Part shown: positions 1 through 6,256 of the stretch, piece by piece
How positions within the stretch are numbered: position 1 is the first letter of the stretch
How the letters are laid out: every line of letters begins with the position of its first letter
IMG/VR virus record: IMGVR_UViG_3300029911_000001
Location: 62,001 to 126,000 of that record
Reading direction: 5' to 3' (one strand)
DNA: 64,000 nucleotides
Position numbers and translations under genes: made by a program
Notes under the pieces: generated by a model
The model's database searches: none
Seen by the model: only the letters and a program-made list of their open reading frames with translations
Told to the model about the DNA's origin: nothing

Positions 1-251
1 ACGATTGCAACTTCTTGTCCGTTCAACGTGGACTCGGTGATGACTTGATGCTTCGGCACTTCCTTCGCCTTCTCGAACTCCTCGTCGGTTACCTTGCACA
101 CAACCTTGGCGAAGGACGTTTGCAGCCACTTGACCATATCCGGGTCGGTGGGGAAGTTCAGGTAGAGCGACAGAGGCCCGTGTGCTGCGGCCACGATGGC
201 GTTACCTACCGGGATGGAGCCCTTCACCAAAACGTACATCTTCAATTTCAT
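1..251 (-). CDS. PTH2-family peptidyl-tRNA hydrolase-like protein (3' end truncated by window edge)
   Basis: Not in the ORF track; translated by hand from ATG at 251 (GAGG RBS): MKLKMYVLVKGSIPVGNAIVAAAHGPLSLYLNF...WLQTSFAKVVCKV...VITESTL..EVAIV. This matches the PTH2 pattern KMY.LV...AH...W....KVV.K. Confidence 0.7.
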   Translation of the reverse strand, partial: MKLKMYVLVKGSIPVGNAIVAAAHGPLSLYLNFPTDPDMVKWLQTSFAKVVCKVTDEEFEKAKEVPKHQVITESTLNGQEVAI

Positions 252-290
252 GCTGGCCTCGTGTATGAGTCCGATAGGGCTCATTGGACT

Positions 291-329
291 CATATATGAA
301 GCACTAAAGCCGTTAGTGCTCCATATATG
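291..329. terminator. Inverted repeat/hairpin downstream of the tRNA cluster
   Basis: CATATATG-A-AGCACTAA...TTAGTGCT-C-CATATATG; no clear U-tract. Confidence 0.35.
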
Positions 330-340
330 GGACTTTATCT

Positions 341-413
341 TGGTGGGCACTTCGGGAGTTGAACCCGAATCACCGTTTCCCTTGGCAGGGTGCCACGGTG
401 AACCAATGTGCCC
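341..413 (-). ncRNA. Non-canonical tRNA-like RNA (D-arm-less, GCC in terminal loop)
   Basis: Acceptor GGGCAC/GTGCCC-A-CCA; T-arm TTCGGG-TTCAACT-CCCGAA; no D stem; long arm TCACCGT/ACGGTGA capped by CCCTGCCAAGGG. Confidence 0.6.
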
Positions 414-419
414 GAATCT

Positions 420-506
420 TGGTTGGGGAGGCAGGATTCGAACCTGCAATGAGCTTACGCTCGGGGGCTTCAAAGGCCCTTGACCTACCATTGGTACGAC
501 TCCCCA
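420..506 (-). tRNA. tRNA-Gln(UUG) with long variable arm
   Basis: Acceptor TGGGGAG/CTCCCCA-A-CCA; anticodon loop CT-TTG-AA; variable arm GAGC-GTAA-GCTC; T-arm GCAGG-TTCGAAT-CCTGC. Confidence 0.85.
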
Positions 507-511
507 ATAAC

Positions 512-745
512 TTATGCTGTGACCAAATCCTTCGGAGGCCACTCAAACTTCCAGTTGCTCCGCTCACGAATCTTGTTATCGCGAATGTTGTAGAACCCGG
601 CGTACGCTGCACACGTGATAGAGCAGAACACAGGATGACTCAGGTCGTCCGGCATCTCAACCATCTGAGGCCCACGTGGGGTGTCAGGGTCTTCGTGATG
701 ACGCCGATAATCTGCACAACCGGGTGCTGGACACGCAATCAACAT
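512..745 (-). CDS. Hypothetical Cys-containing protein
   Basis: 77-aa ORF packed between the ligase and the tRNA, with CxxxxC and CSITC motifs. Confidence 0.55.
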   Translation of the reverse strand: MLIACPAPGCADYRRHHEDPDTPRGPQMVEMPDDLSHPVFCSITCAAYAGFYNIRDNKIRERSNWKFEWPPKDLVTA

Positions 746-748
746 AGC

Positions 749-1348
749 TCACTCCCAGTACAGCCTATAGTTCGTTCCGTATACTTCGTTCAACTTCTTG
801 AAGAAGGCATCGGTCTTTATCTTGACCATGAAATCGTCACCCTTGGCGACGACGCCTTCCCACACTGGATACTTTCCGCTGCGGACATCATCAACGAACT
901 GCTTGTTGAGGTTGCCCTCGTAAACCACTTCAGCCGCGTATGGCAGGTCTCCGTACTGCTTGAGAAACTGCCGGGGCGACATCATCCCCTTCTTGAACAG
1001 GTACACATCGAACAAGCGAAGCTGCTTAGGCTCCCCCGGCGTATGCACACCCGCGAAACTTGAGTCCCCGAAGAACTCTGTGAAGACCGTGGTCCTCTGG
1101 CAGTTCCGGTCGTAGTCCTTCACCCGGCGAGTCAACTCATCTGCCATGGTATCCATGAAGACCGGAATCGCTTCACCGAAGACCGGGTTGCTCTTGTCGA
1201 ACAACTCATGTCGGGTACCAAACTTGAACCAACCCTTCTTGGGGTTCCACTCCCAACGAAGGTTCGAGCCATCGTACTTGTAGAAAGCGATGCACTGCTT
1301 ACCTAGAGGGGCTTTGGAACTTCCTTCGATACTTGGGTACTGCTCCAT
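749..1348 (-). CDS. RNA ligase (stand-alone adenylyltransferase domain, Rnl2/Rnl5-like)
   Basis: Nucleotidyltransferase motifs I KYDGSN, III EFFG, IIIa FDVY, IV EGVV, V KIK; AAAGGA RBS. Confidence 0.8.
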   Translation of the reverse strand: MEQYPSIEGSSKAPLGKQCIAFYKYDGSNLRWEWNPKKGWFKFGTRHELFDKSNPVFGEAIPVFMDTMADELTRRVKDYDRNCQRTTVFTEFFGDSSFAGVHTPGEPKQLRLFDVYLFKKGMMSPRQFLKQYGDLPYAAEVVYEGNLNKQFVDDVRSGKYPVWEGVVAKGDDFMVKIKTDAFFKKLNEVYGTNYRLYWE

Positions 1349-1398
1349 ACATCCCTTTCAATTTCTCCAATACCACTTCCATAATCAGGGAGTGGTTT

Positions 1399-1613
1399 AT
1401 GAAATGCCTTCAATGTGATACCGACACGAGTAATCCAAAGTTCTGCTCCAACAAGTGACCATATTGATGGAAATTACATGAACAACCATCGTAATAACTT
1501 GCGGTGCAACTGCCCAAACTGCGATATACAACTACCTACGTCAAAAGGGGAAGAACCGAGGCAACGGTAGGCATTGGCGTCGAGTTCGTTATGCGGAGGG
1601 TAAGTCCCGCTAA
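1399..1613 (+). pseudogene. Degenerate HNH endonuclease
   Basis: Three frame fragments: MKCLQCDTDTSNPKFCSNK*, DHIDGNYMNNHRNNLRCNCPNCDIQLPT, KNRGNGRHWRRVRYAEGKSR*. These match an HNH core with an internal deletion and frameshifts. Confidence 0.75.
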
Positions 1614-1616
1614 AAA

Positions 1617-1692
1617 TGGAGCCGGTTGAGGGACTCGAACCCTCTGCCTTTTGCTTACCAAGCAAATACACATCCATATATGCTTAACCGGC
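1617..1692 (-). tRNA. tRNA-Thr(GGU)
   Basis: Acceptor GCCGGTT/AACCGGC-T-CCA; anticodon arm TTTGC-TTGGTAA-GCAAA; T-loop TTCGAGT. Confidence 0.9.
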
Positions 1693-1698
1693 CTTTCT

Positions 1699-1902
1699 TT
1701 ACTTACAACAGCGACTAATCTGCTTATCAAGTTCCTGTGCAGTCTCGTGCGCTTTTTCAAAAAACTCATCAACATCTTCGGAGTAGGTGACTCCGTGAAG
1801 CAGAGCACGTCGCCGCTTGTCCTCTGCTACGTTGTGGCGAAGGTTCTCCAGCATCTGCTGAGCGATTGCTGCTGCGGCCTCATCCAAGTTTTCCATACTC
1901 AC
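1699..1902 (-). CDS. Hypothetical protein
   Basis: 67-aa helical ORF between two tRNA-Thr genes. Confidence 0.55.
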   Translation of the reverse strand: MSMENLDEAAAAIAQQMLENLRHNVAEDKRRRALLHGVTYSEDVDEFFEKAHETAQELDKQISRCCK

Positions 1903-1917
1903 CTAATACTGCGAAAC

Positions 1918-2000
1918 TGGAGCTAGGTGAGGGACTCGAACCCTCGGTGTTTGTATACCGCTTTACGAAAGCGGTGCCGTCGCCACTGAGCCAACCTAGC
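1918..2000 (-). tRNA. tRNA-Thr(CGU) with enlarged variable region
   Basis: Acceptor GCTAGGT/ACCTAGC-T-CCA; anticodon arm CCGCT-TTCGTAA-AGCGG; ~12-nt variable region TATACAAACACC. Confidence 0.9.
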
Positions 2001-2517
2001 CTAATGTAAATTCTTCGTCATGGGTTTCAAGATGGCAGTTGGCACAGAGGAGGTCGCACTTATCCAACTCCTTCATCAACCGAGCCCAAGCCCACGTCAT
2101 CTTCCCTGCGATGCTAAACTCCTTTTGTTCTGGGTCTCTATGGTGGAAACTTAGAACCCGCATTGACTTACAATATCCGCACGATTGGCACTTACCCCCT
2201 TTGTATTCAACACAACGTCTCTTTACCCGAGTCCGTTGCCTATTAGCAACACAAGAGTTGCATAAAGTCAGGGTGTGACCCTGCTTCTTGGCGAACACAT
2301 ACACCCTAAAACAACGGGTACAGATTAGTGAAGCACCTTCACGCTTTACACTTACAACGACAAGACTTCCATCGTCATCCCGGCGTAAAGACCGAGTGTT
2401 GTGTGCCCCGAACGGGGAGCAGACTAAGCAATACTTTCGACGTTGGAGGTTCCGTTCAACCCCGTCGATAACCACCGTGAGTGGTATGTCTGAGCTACAA
2501 AGTGTACAAGTTCTCAT
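1996..2517 (-). CDS. HNH homing endonuclease
   Basis: YKGGKCQSCGY...LSFHHRDP..KEF.I...ELDKCDLLCANCHLETH; inserted among tRNAs. Confidence 0.85.
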   Translation of the reverse strand: MRTCTLCSSDIPLTVVIDGVERNLQRRKYCLVCSPFGAHNTRSLRRDDDGSLVVVSVKREGASLICTRCFRVYVFAKKQGHTLTLCNSCVANRQRTRVKRRCVEYKGGKCQSCGYCKSMRVLSFHHRDPEQKEFSIAGKMTWAWARLMKELDKCDLLCANCHLETHDEEFTLG

Positions 2518-2573
2518 GTATCAGAACTCTATAGCTCAATTTTTATACTTACTTTTACTCTAACCCACTAAGC

Positions 2574-2648
2574 TGGTTGGCGAGGGGAATTTTGAAATCC
2601 CAACCTCATTCTTATCAGGAATGCGCTCTTCCTTTGAGCTACTCGCCA
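2574..2648 (-). tRNA. tRNA-Ile(GAU)
   Basis: Acceptor TGGCGAG/CTCGCCA-A-CCA; D-arm GCTC/GAGC; anticodon arm CATTC-CTGATAA-GAATG. Confidence 0.88.
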
Positions 2649-2650
2649 TT

Positions 2651-2727
2651 TGGTGTACCCGGAGGGACTCGAACCCCCGTAATGCTCAGTAATCGGCTGA
2701 GTGCCATAGCCACTAGGCGACGGGTAC
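2651..2727 (-). tRNA. tRNA with GAU anticodon (Ile) and atypical anticodon loop
   Basis: Acceptor GTACCCG/CGGGTAC-A-CCA; anticodon arm CTCAG-CCGATTA-CTGAG (C33, U37); T-arm GGGGG-TTCGAGT-CCCTC. Confidence 0.75.
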
Positions 2728-2732
2728 AAACT

Positions 2733-3078
2733 TTACATCTTCTCTAACAAACTCTTTGCTGCTGCATCGTACTGCCATGGGTCCCAGTACCCGTTGAACC
2801 CGGCCCCGACCAACATTCCGAGGCTGTCAACTTTCTGCTCTTTCCAATCTCTGTCCTTCGGGACGAAGCCACAATCCTTGAGGATGTGAATCGCCGCCGT
2901 CGTGCGACCGAGAGGCCCGAACTTCTGCCCCGCTTCCTCTACCCCTCGCCAGTGGTGCCTAGCGAACCGGTGGAGCGCCGAACTTCTTGAACAGGTCATC
3001 CATCCACCCGTTCACTGCCTCGCATCTGTTGCCCAAGAGGCGGTCACAATCCCTGCAATGCTCTTCCCATGCTGCCAT
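2733..3078 (-). pseudogene. Hypothetical His-rich protein split by an apparent frameshift near 2975
   Basis: ATG at 3078 with GGGAGA RBS gives MAAWEEHCRDCDRLLG..WMDDLFKKFG; the continuation HRFARHHWRGVEE..AAIHILKD lies in another frame. Confidence 0.55.
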
Positions 3079-3080
3079 GC

Positions 3081-3311
3081 TTATCTCCCGTAACGAGCTT
3101 GTATCCCATCTATTACTCTGAGACAGCGGACTCTACGGCGGAGCCAGTTGCGTGCTGCGAATTTCTTTCCAGTGTTCTTGGGCAGGTTCAAGAGAAGAGA
3201 ATACTCGGAGGGGTCATAGCGGTGATAGCTGACACCGTACCCTCTCCCGCGAAACTCTAAAATTGCCCGGTTGCACCGTTCTGCTAACGTCATCTTTGCT
3301 GTGACTTTCAT
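3081..3311 (-). CDS. Hypothetical basic protein (first gene after the putative attenuator)
   Basis: Start moved to ATG 3311 (MKVTAKMTL) because of a GGAGAGGG RBS. Confidence 0.6.
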   Translation of the reverse strand: MKVTAKMTLAERCNRAILEFRGRGYGVSYHRYDPSEYSLLLNLPKNTGKKFAARNWLRRRVRCLRVIDGIQARYGR

Positions 3312-3320
3312 ACCCTCTCC

Positions 3321-3350
3321 AAAACACCAAAGCCGCCCTGTTGGGCGGCT
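3321..3350 (-). terminator. Intrinsic terminator of the putative attenuator
   Basis: AGCCGCCC-AACA-GGGCGGCT followed by TTGGTGTTTT (imperfect U-tract). Confidence 0.65.
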
Positions 3351-3377
3351 CGTATACATCGAAGAATTTTTGACTGG

Positions 3378-3464
3378 TTAGTCTTCAATCCCTCCGCACA
3401 CGAAGCCGCAGACGCTGGTTTGCGTTGTGGTAGTTGTAATTCGTGTTTGAGCGGAAAGACGCAT
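3378..3464 (-). CDS. Thr/Ile-rich leader peptide (28 aa, thrL-like)
   Basis: MRLSAQTRITTTTTQTSVCGFVCGGIED*; the run ATT ACA ACT ACC ACA ACG uses all four Thr codons; the 3' half can pair with the terminator 5' arm. Confidence 0.7.
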   Translation of the reverse strand: MRLSAQTRITTTTTQTSVCGFVCGGIED

Positions 3465-3493
3465 TTTCAGAATCCGGTATTCCTATGGTATTT

Positions 3494-3633
3494 TGGTGCC
3501 GGAGGACAGGTTGCCCTATCACTCCGGCTTGGAGCCCTATCCAAGTTTGACCTCAGGTAGGGCATGGCCCGGAAGGTAAATTTTACTTTACCTCCCAGAT
3601 GGTGGCTGAACTAAGGTCTCCCTCAGTCCAACC
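3494..3633 (-). ncRNA. Array of four tRNA-minihelix-like RNAs, each ending in NCCA
   Basis: Units 3600-3633, 3565-3598, 3530-3563 and 3494-3528; 11-13-bp hairpins plus discriminator plus CCA; 1-nt spacers. Confidence 0.8.
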
Positions 3634-3643
3634 GTCTACATAC

Positions 3644-3673
3644 ATAATACACACAAAGTCAGAAAAGTGAACA
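3644..3673 (-). promoter_or_regulatory. Putative promoter for the minihelix/attenuator/tRNA transcript
   Basis: TGTTCA-N18-TATTAT, same spacing as the other copies in the window. Confidence 0.65.
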
Positions 3674-3738
3674 CTTATTTTTGAATTATTCGGAAATATT
3701 ATTCTGGCAGTGCTCCCGGATGATTTTGATGGCATCTT

Positions 3739-4347
3739 TCACCCGTTGTTTCTCGGCCTCCGTGGTGCAGGTCGGCAGGACTTGCTGACCGGTCTTACGG
3801 ATACCCGCCATGACGACTGCAAGGTGGTGCTCAGCGTAAGGATGCTGTCACGCACCGTGCTCATGACGTGGGTATCGTTGGCCGCATCCGTTGCACGGCT
3901 GGAATCAGGGTAGATGAGTCCGGTACCAGTGCGGTCAGTGCGATGACCGACAAGCTTCACGCGACTCTTGTGGTAGTCGCTGCTAACCCACACAGTACCA
4001 CGTTCCTTCAAACCGGGCAGAGTCCATACATGGGCACCCCACAGGAATCCCAAAAATTCCGAAGATTCCTCGCTGGCAGGAGCATAGTCCCTATAAGTCG
4101 CTGCCATCACGTTATTATATGCCGGGGCATCGTCAGGGTGCAGCCACATGTTGGCGACGAGGAGGTTGTCCTTGTGGATTTCTCCGAAGGCGTTGGCAAG
4201 CATAGCAATAGAGAACACCTTAGGCTCCATAGCATCGAGGGGGAAGACATAGCTGTGGTAGCCCCTATCGGAGGCAAGGAGTTTAGGAGCGACAGCGAGA
4301 GTTACCCCTGCGGCACCGGCTGTGAGAAGGAACTTACGACGGTTCAT
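3739..4347 (-). CDS. Hypothetical protein with twin-arginine (Tat) signal-like N-terminus
   Basis: MNRRKFLLTAGAAGVTLAVAP after a GAGG RBS; the C-terminal third looks atypical. Confidence 0.6.
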   Translation of the reverse strand: MNRRKFLLTAGAAGVTLAVAPKLLASDRGYHSYVFPLDAMEPKVFSIAMLANAFGEIHKDNLLVANMWLHPDDAPAYNNVMAATYRDYAPASEESSEFLGFLWGAHVWTLPGLKERGTVWVSSDYHKSRVKLVGHRTDRTGTGLIYPDSSRATDAANDTHVMSTVRDSILTLSTTLQSSWRVSVRPVSKSCRPAPRRPRNNG

Positions 4348-4354
4348 AGATACC

Positions 4355-4780
4355 TCAATCCTTGATGCTGTATTGTACACCAGACCATAGTCCAGTGCTC
4401 ACTTCTTCAAGCTCTACTCCACGTACCCGGAGGAGTTCCACCGCTGCCTGTCTGGCAACACGTTCAAACTCACGGGACGCTTCACCCCGGCTACACACGT
4501 TGCAACTCTCGAAGTGTCCGCACAGGCACCCACCGGCATAGTAGTTGGCGACCTTGAGCACTTCCGCATTAGTCGGCCCGGACTTCGGCTTAGCGATGTG
4601 GACGCGGTAGTAAGCAATCGCATCTGCAACTTCATCGCCGTACTTGTCTTCCATCTCAGCGAACTCGGCGGCTGTTACCGTGTGACCTCGCATGTGCGAC
4701 TGGATGATGTCAAGACATCGCTTATGGTTCACGCGGTCTCCTGCTCCAACTTCTTTGCGAGGATGTCCATCCACAGCCAA
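4355..4780 (-). CDS. Hypothetical protein (CLCGHFESCNVC Zn-binding motif)
   Basis: ORF in a tightly packed minus-strand run; true start probably GTG near 4732. Confidence 0.6.
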   Translation of the reverse strand: MAVDGHPRKEVGAGDRVNHKRCLDIIQSHMRGHTVTAAEFAEMEDKYGDEVADAIAYYRVHIAKPKSGPTNAEVLKVANYYAGGCLCGHFESCNVCSRGEASREFERVARQAAVELLRVRGVELEEVSTGLWSGVQYSIKD

Positions 4781-4989
4781 TCCATGGTTGACCGCAACTC
4801 AGTATCACCCTCATGGTCAGGGTCGTCGTCCATCATGAACTCATTGTAGACAGGGGCTAGTTCCGCTTGTTCCTCAGGCGTGAACTTGGCGATGACTTCG
4901 CGGGGCATGTCATTGCAGCCATGGTTGCTGTACGTGTCTGCCGCCATGCGAAGCAGCATCGCCGCGAGTTTCTTCTCTGCTGGTTTCAT
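4729..4989 (-). CDS. Hypothetical protein
   Basis: MKPAEKKLAAMLL..YSNHGCND; ATGA overlap with the upstream ORF, GGAG RBS. Confidence 0.6.
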   Translation of the reverse strand: MKPAEKKLAAMLLRMAADTYSNHGCNDMPREVIAKFTPEEQAELAPVYNEFMMDDDPDHEGDTELRSTMDWLWMDILAKKLEQETA

Positions 4990-5213
4990 GCGAGTCTCCA
5001 ATCTTCTCCACGTAGGTGTAGAAGCCACTGAGCTTCCGACAGTTCAGCTTGAATGAGACGGTGGACTTGGGTGGCAGGGCACGCCTGAGAGTAACCAGAA
5101 CCAAGGCAGTGGCTCCCGCTGAAACGGGCACCCTCTCTACACTCAGGGCACACGGCCTTCGCCGCTTCCTTCAGGATTTCAATCCGGGTCTCGTTCCTCT
5201 TTTTGAATCTCAT
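4986..5213 (-). CDS. Hypothetical protein (CPEC motif)
   Basis: MRFKKRNETRIEIL...; overlaps neighbouring ORFs. Confidence 0.5.
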   Translation of the reverse strand: MRFKKRNETRIEILKEAAKAVCPECREGARFSGSHCLGSGYSQACPATQVHRLIQAELSEAQWLLHLRGEDWRLA

Positions 5214-5322
5214 GACCGCCCCAATCTCTGTTGAAACCACTCCATGAAGTTCCGCCATACGATGACCGGAAGCGGGAGTTGGTCTTTCTGCATGTGGTTC
5301 AGTAAGGCGAAGGGCATAATTT

Positions 5323-5396
5323 TGGTGCTCCCGGCAGGGTTCGAACCCGCGTCTCTTAGGTTAGAGCTAAGGGCACAGCCGCTATACCACGGGAGC
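5323..5396 (-). tRNA. Amber-suppressor tRNA (anticodon CUA)
   Basis: Acceptor GCTCCCG/CGGGAGC-A-CCA; D-arm GTAT/GTGC; anticodon arm CTTAG-CTCTAAC-CTAAG; T-arm GCGGG-TTCGAAC-CCTGC. Confidence 0.88.
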
Positions 5397-5648
5397 TATA
5401 CAAACAGTATATCTTACACTTCTTTGCGTACGTACTCAACTACACGAAAATCAGCACTCTTTGATACCGAGTTGAGCTTAGCTACTTCTACAGCACGAAG
5501 CCGTGCGTCTTCAGACATGCTCGTGAATGGAAGTAGCCGCTGGGGAACCCAATGCGTCCAGTACGGTTCCTTCTCTTCCATGACCAGAATCACTTCTTCC
5601 TCTTTGCTGTTCCTGCTCGGTCGCAAGCCGGTGAGACGCAGTGGCGGT

Positions 5649-5843
5649 TCATCGGCGGCTTCTCTGAGCCCTAGCACCCTGAACCAGAGGCCACAGGATG
5701 ATGCAGAGGATGAGCATCCCGACACCTTGAAAGAAGTGGTCGGGCAGGTTATCTTCCTTCTCATTGAAGAGTTCGGTGAAGAAGTACATCGCACCGGCAA
5801 ACGCCCAGCAGGTTAAGAAGCCGAAGAAGAAAGGACTGTCCAT
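5649..5843 (-). CDS. Small membrane protein (two TM segments)
   Basis: MDSPFFFGFLTCWAFAGAMYFF...GVGMLILCIILWPLV; GAGG RBS before ATG 5843. Confidence 0.55.
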   Translation of the reverse strand: MDSPFFFGFLTCWAFAGAMYFFTELFNEKEDNLPDHFFQGVGMLILCIILWPLVQGARAQRSRR

Positions 5844-5862
5844 TGGTATCCTCGTAAACGTG

Positions 5863-5974
5863 ACAATCATAGCGACCTACCGAGTGCCCCCGGTAAGGGT
5901 CGTCCCCCAGATGCACGTGCCCCCACGCTCGGATTTACGGGGCTGCTGTACACACATCAGGTCGCTATGACTGT
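5863..5974 (-). ncRNA. Putative structured RNA or leader (~112 nt)
   Basis: 16-bp closing stem ACAGTCATAGCGACCT/AGGTCGCTATGATTGT enclosing three inner helices; lies just downstream of a promoter. Confidence 0.5.
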
Positions 5975-5985
5975 GCTCTTCCCAC

Positions 5986-6017
5986 AGTATACACAGTCGG
6001 AAGCGTTTCTGGACAAC
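5986..6017 (-). promoter_or_regulatory. Conserved phage promoter
   Basis: GTTGTCCAGAAACG-N12-TATACT; near-identical copies at 8977-9008 and 9114-9145. Confidence 0.75.
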
Positions 6018-6053
6018 TTTTTTCTTTTATCCCATATAGCGGGTGTTTAGCCG

Positions 6054-6251
6054 CTAATCGTCCCCCATATGGGACATTGCCAGCGGAACCGGGCACTCGC
6101 TGTCATGCTCCATCTTAGATACCGGCTCGTCCCAGTACACCGAGGCCCCGCAGTGGTTGCACTCGTTGTATGTGTTCATGCCGTGAGTAACGTCGTGAGA
6201 GTATGCGGTACGGAGTACCGCTTCTGCGAGTCGCTTAGTTGCTTCCATCAC
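6054..6251 (-). CDS. Hypothetical protein (CxxC...HxxxC Zn finger)
   Basis: ECNHCG...EHDSECPV. Confidence 0.6.
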   Translation of the reverse strand: MMEATKRLAEAVLRTAYSHDVTHGMNTYNECNHCGASVYWDEPVSKMEHDSECPVPLAMSHMGDD

Positions 6252-6256
6252 CTATG

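Noticed and set aside
3494-3633. CRISPR array interpretation of the ~35-nt periodicity
   Set aside because: No conserved repeat sequence apart from CCA, no spacers, and no cas genes in the window
5863-5974. Hammerhead ribozyme (CTGATG present)
   Set aside because: The CUGAUGA and GAAA core elements are incomplete or absent
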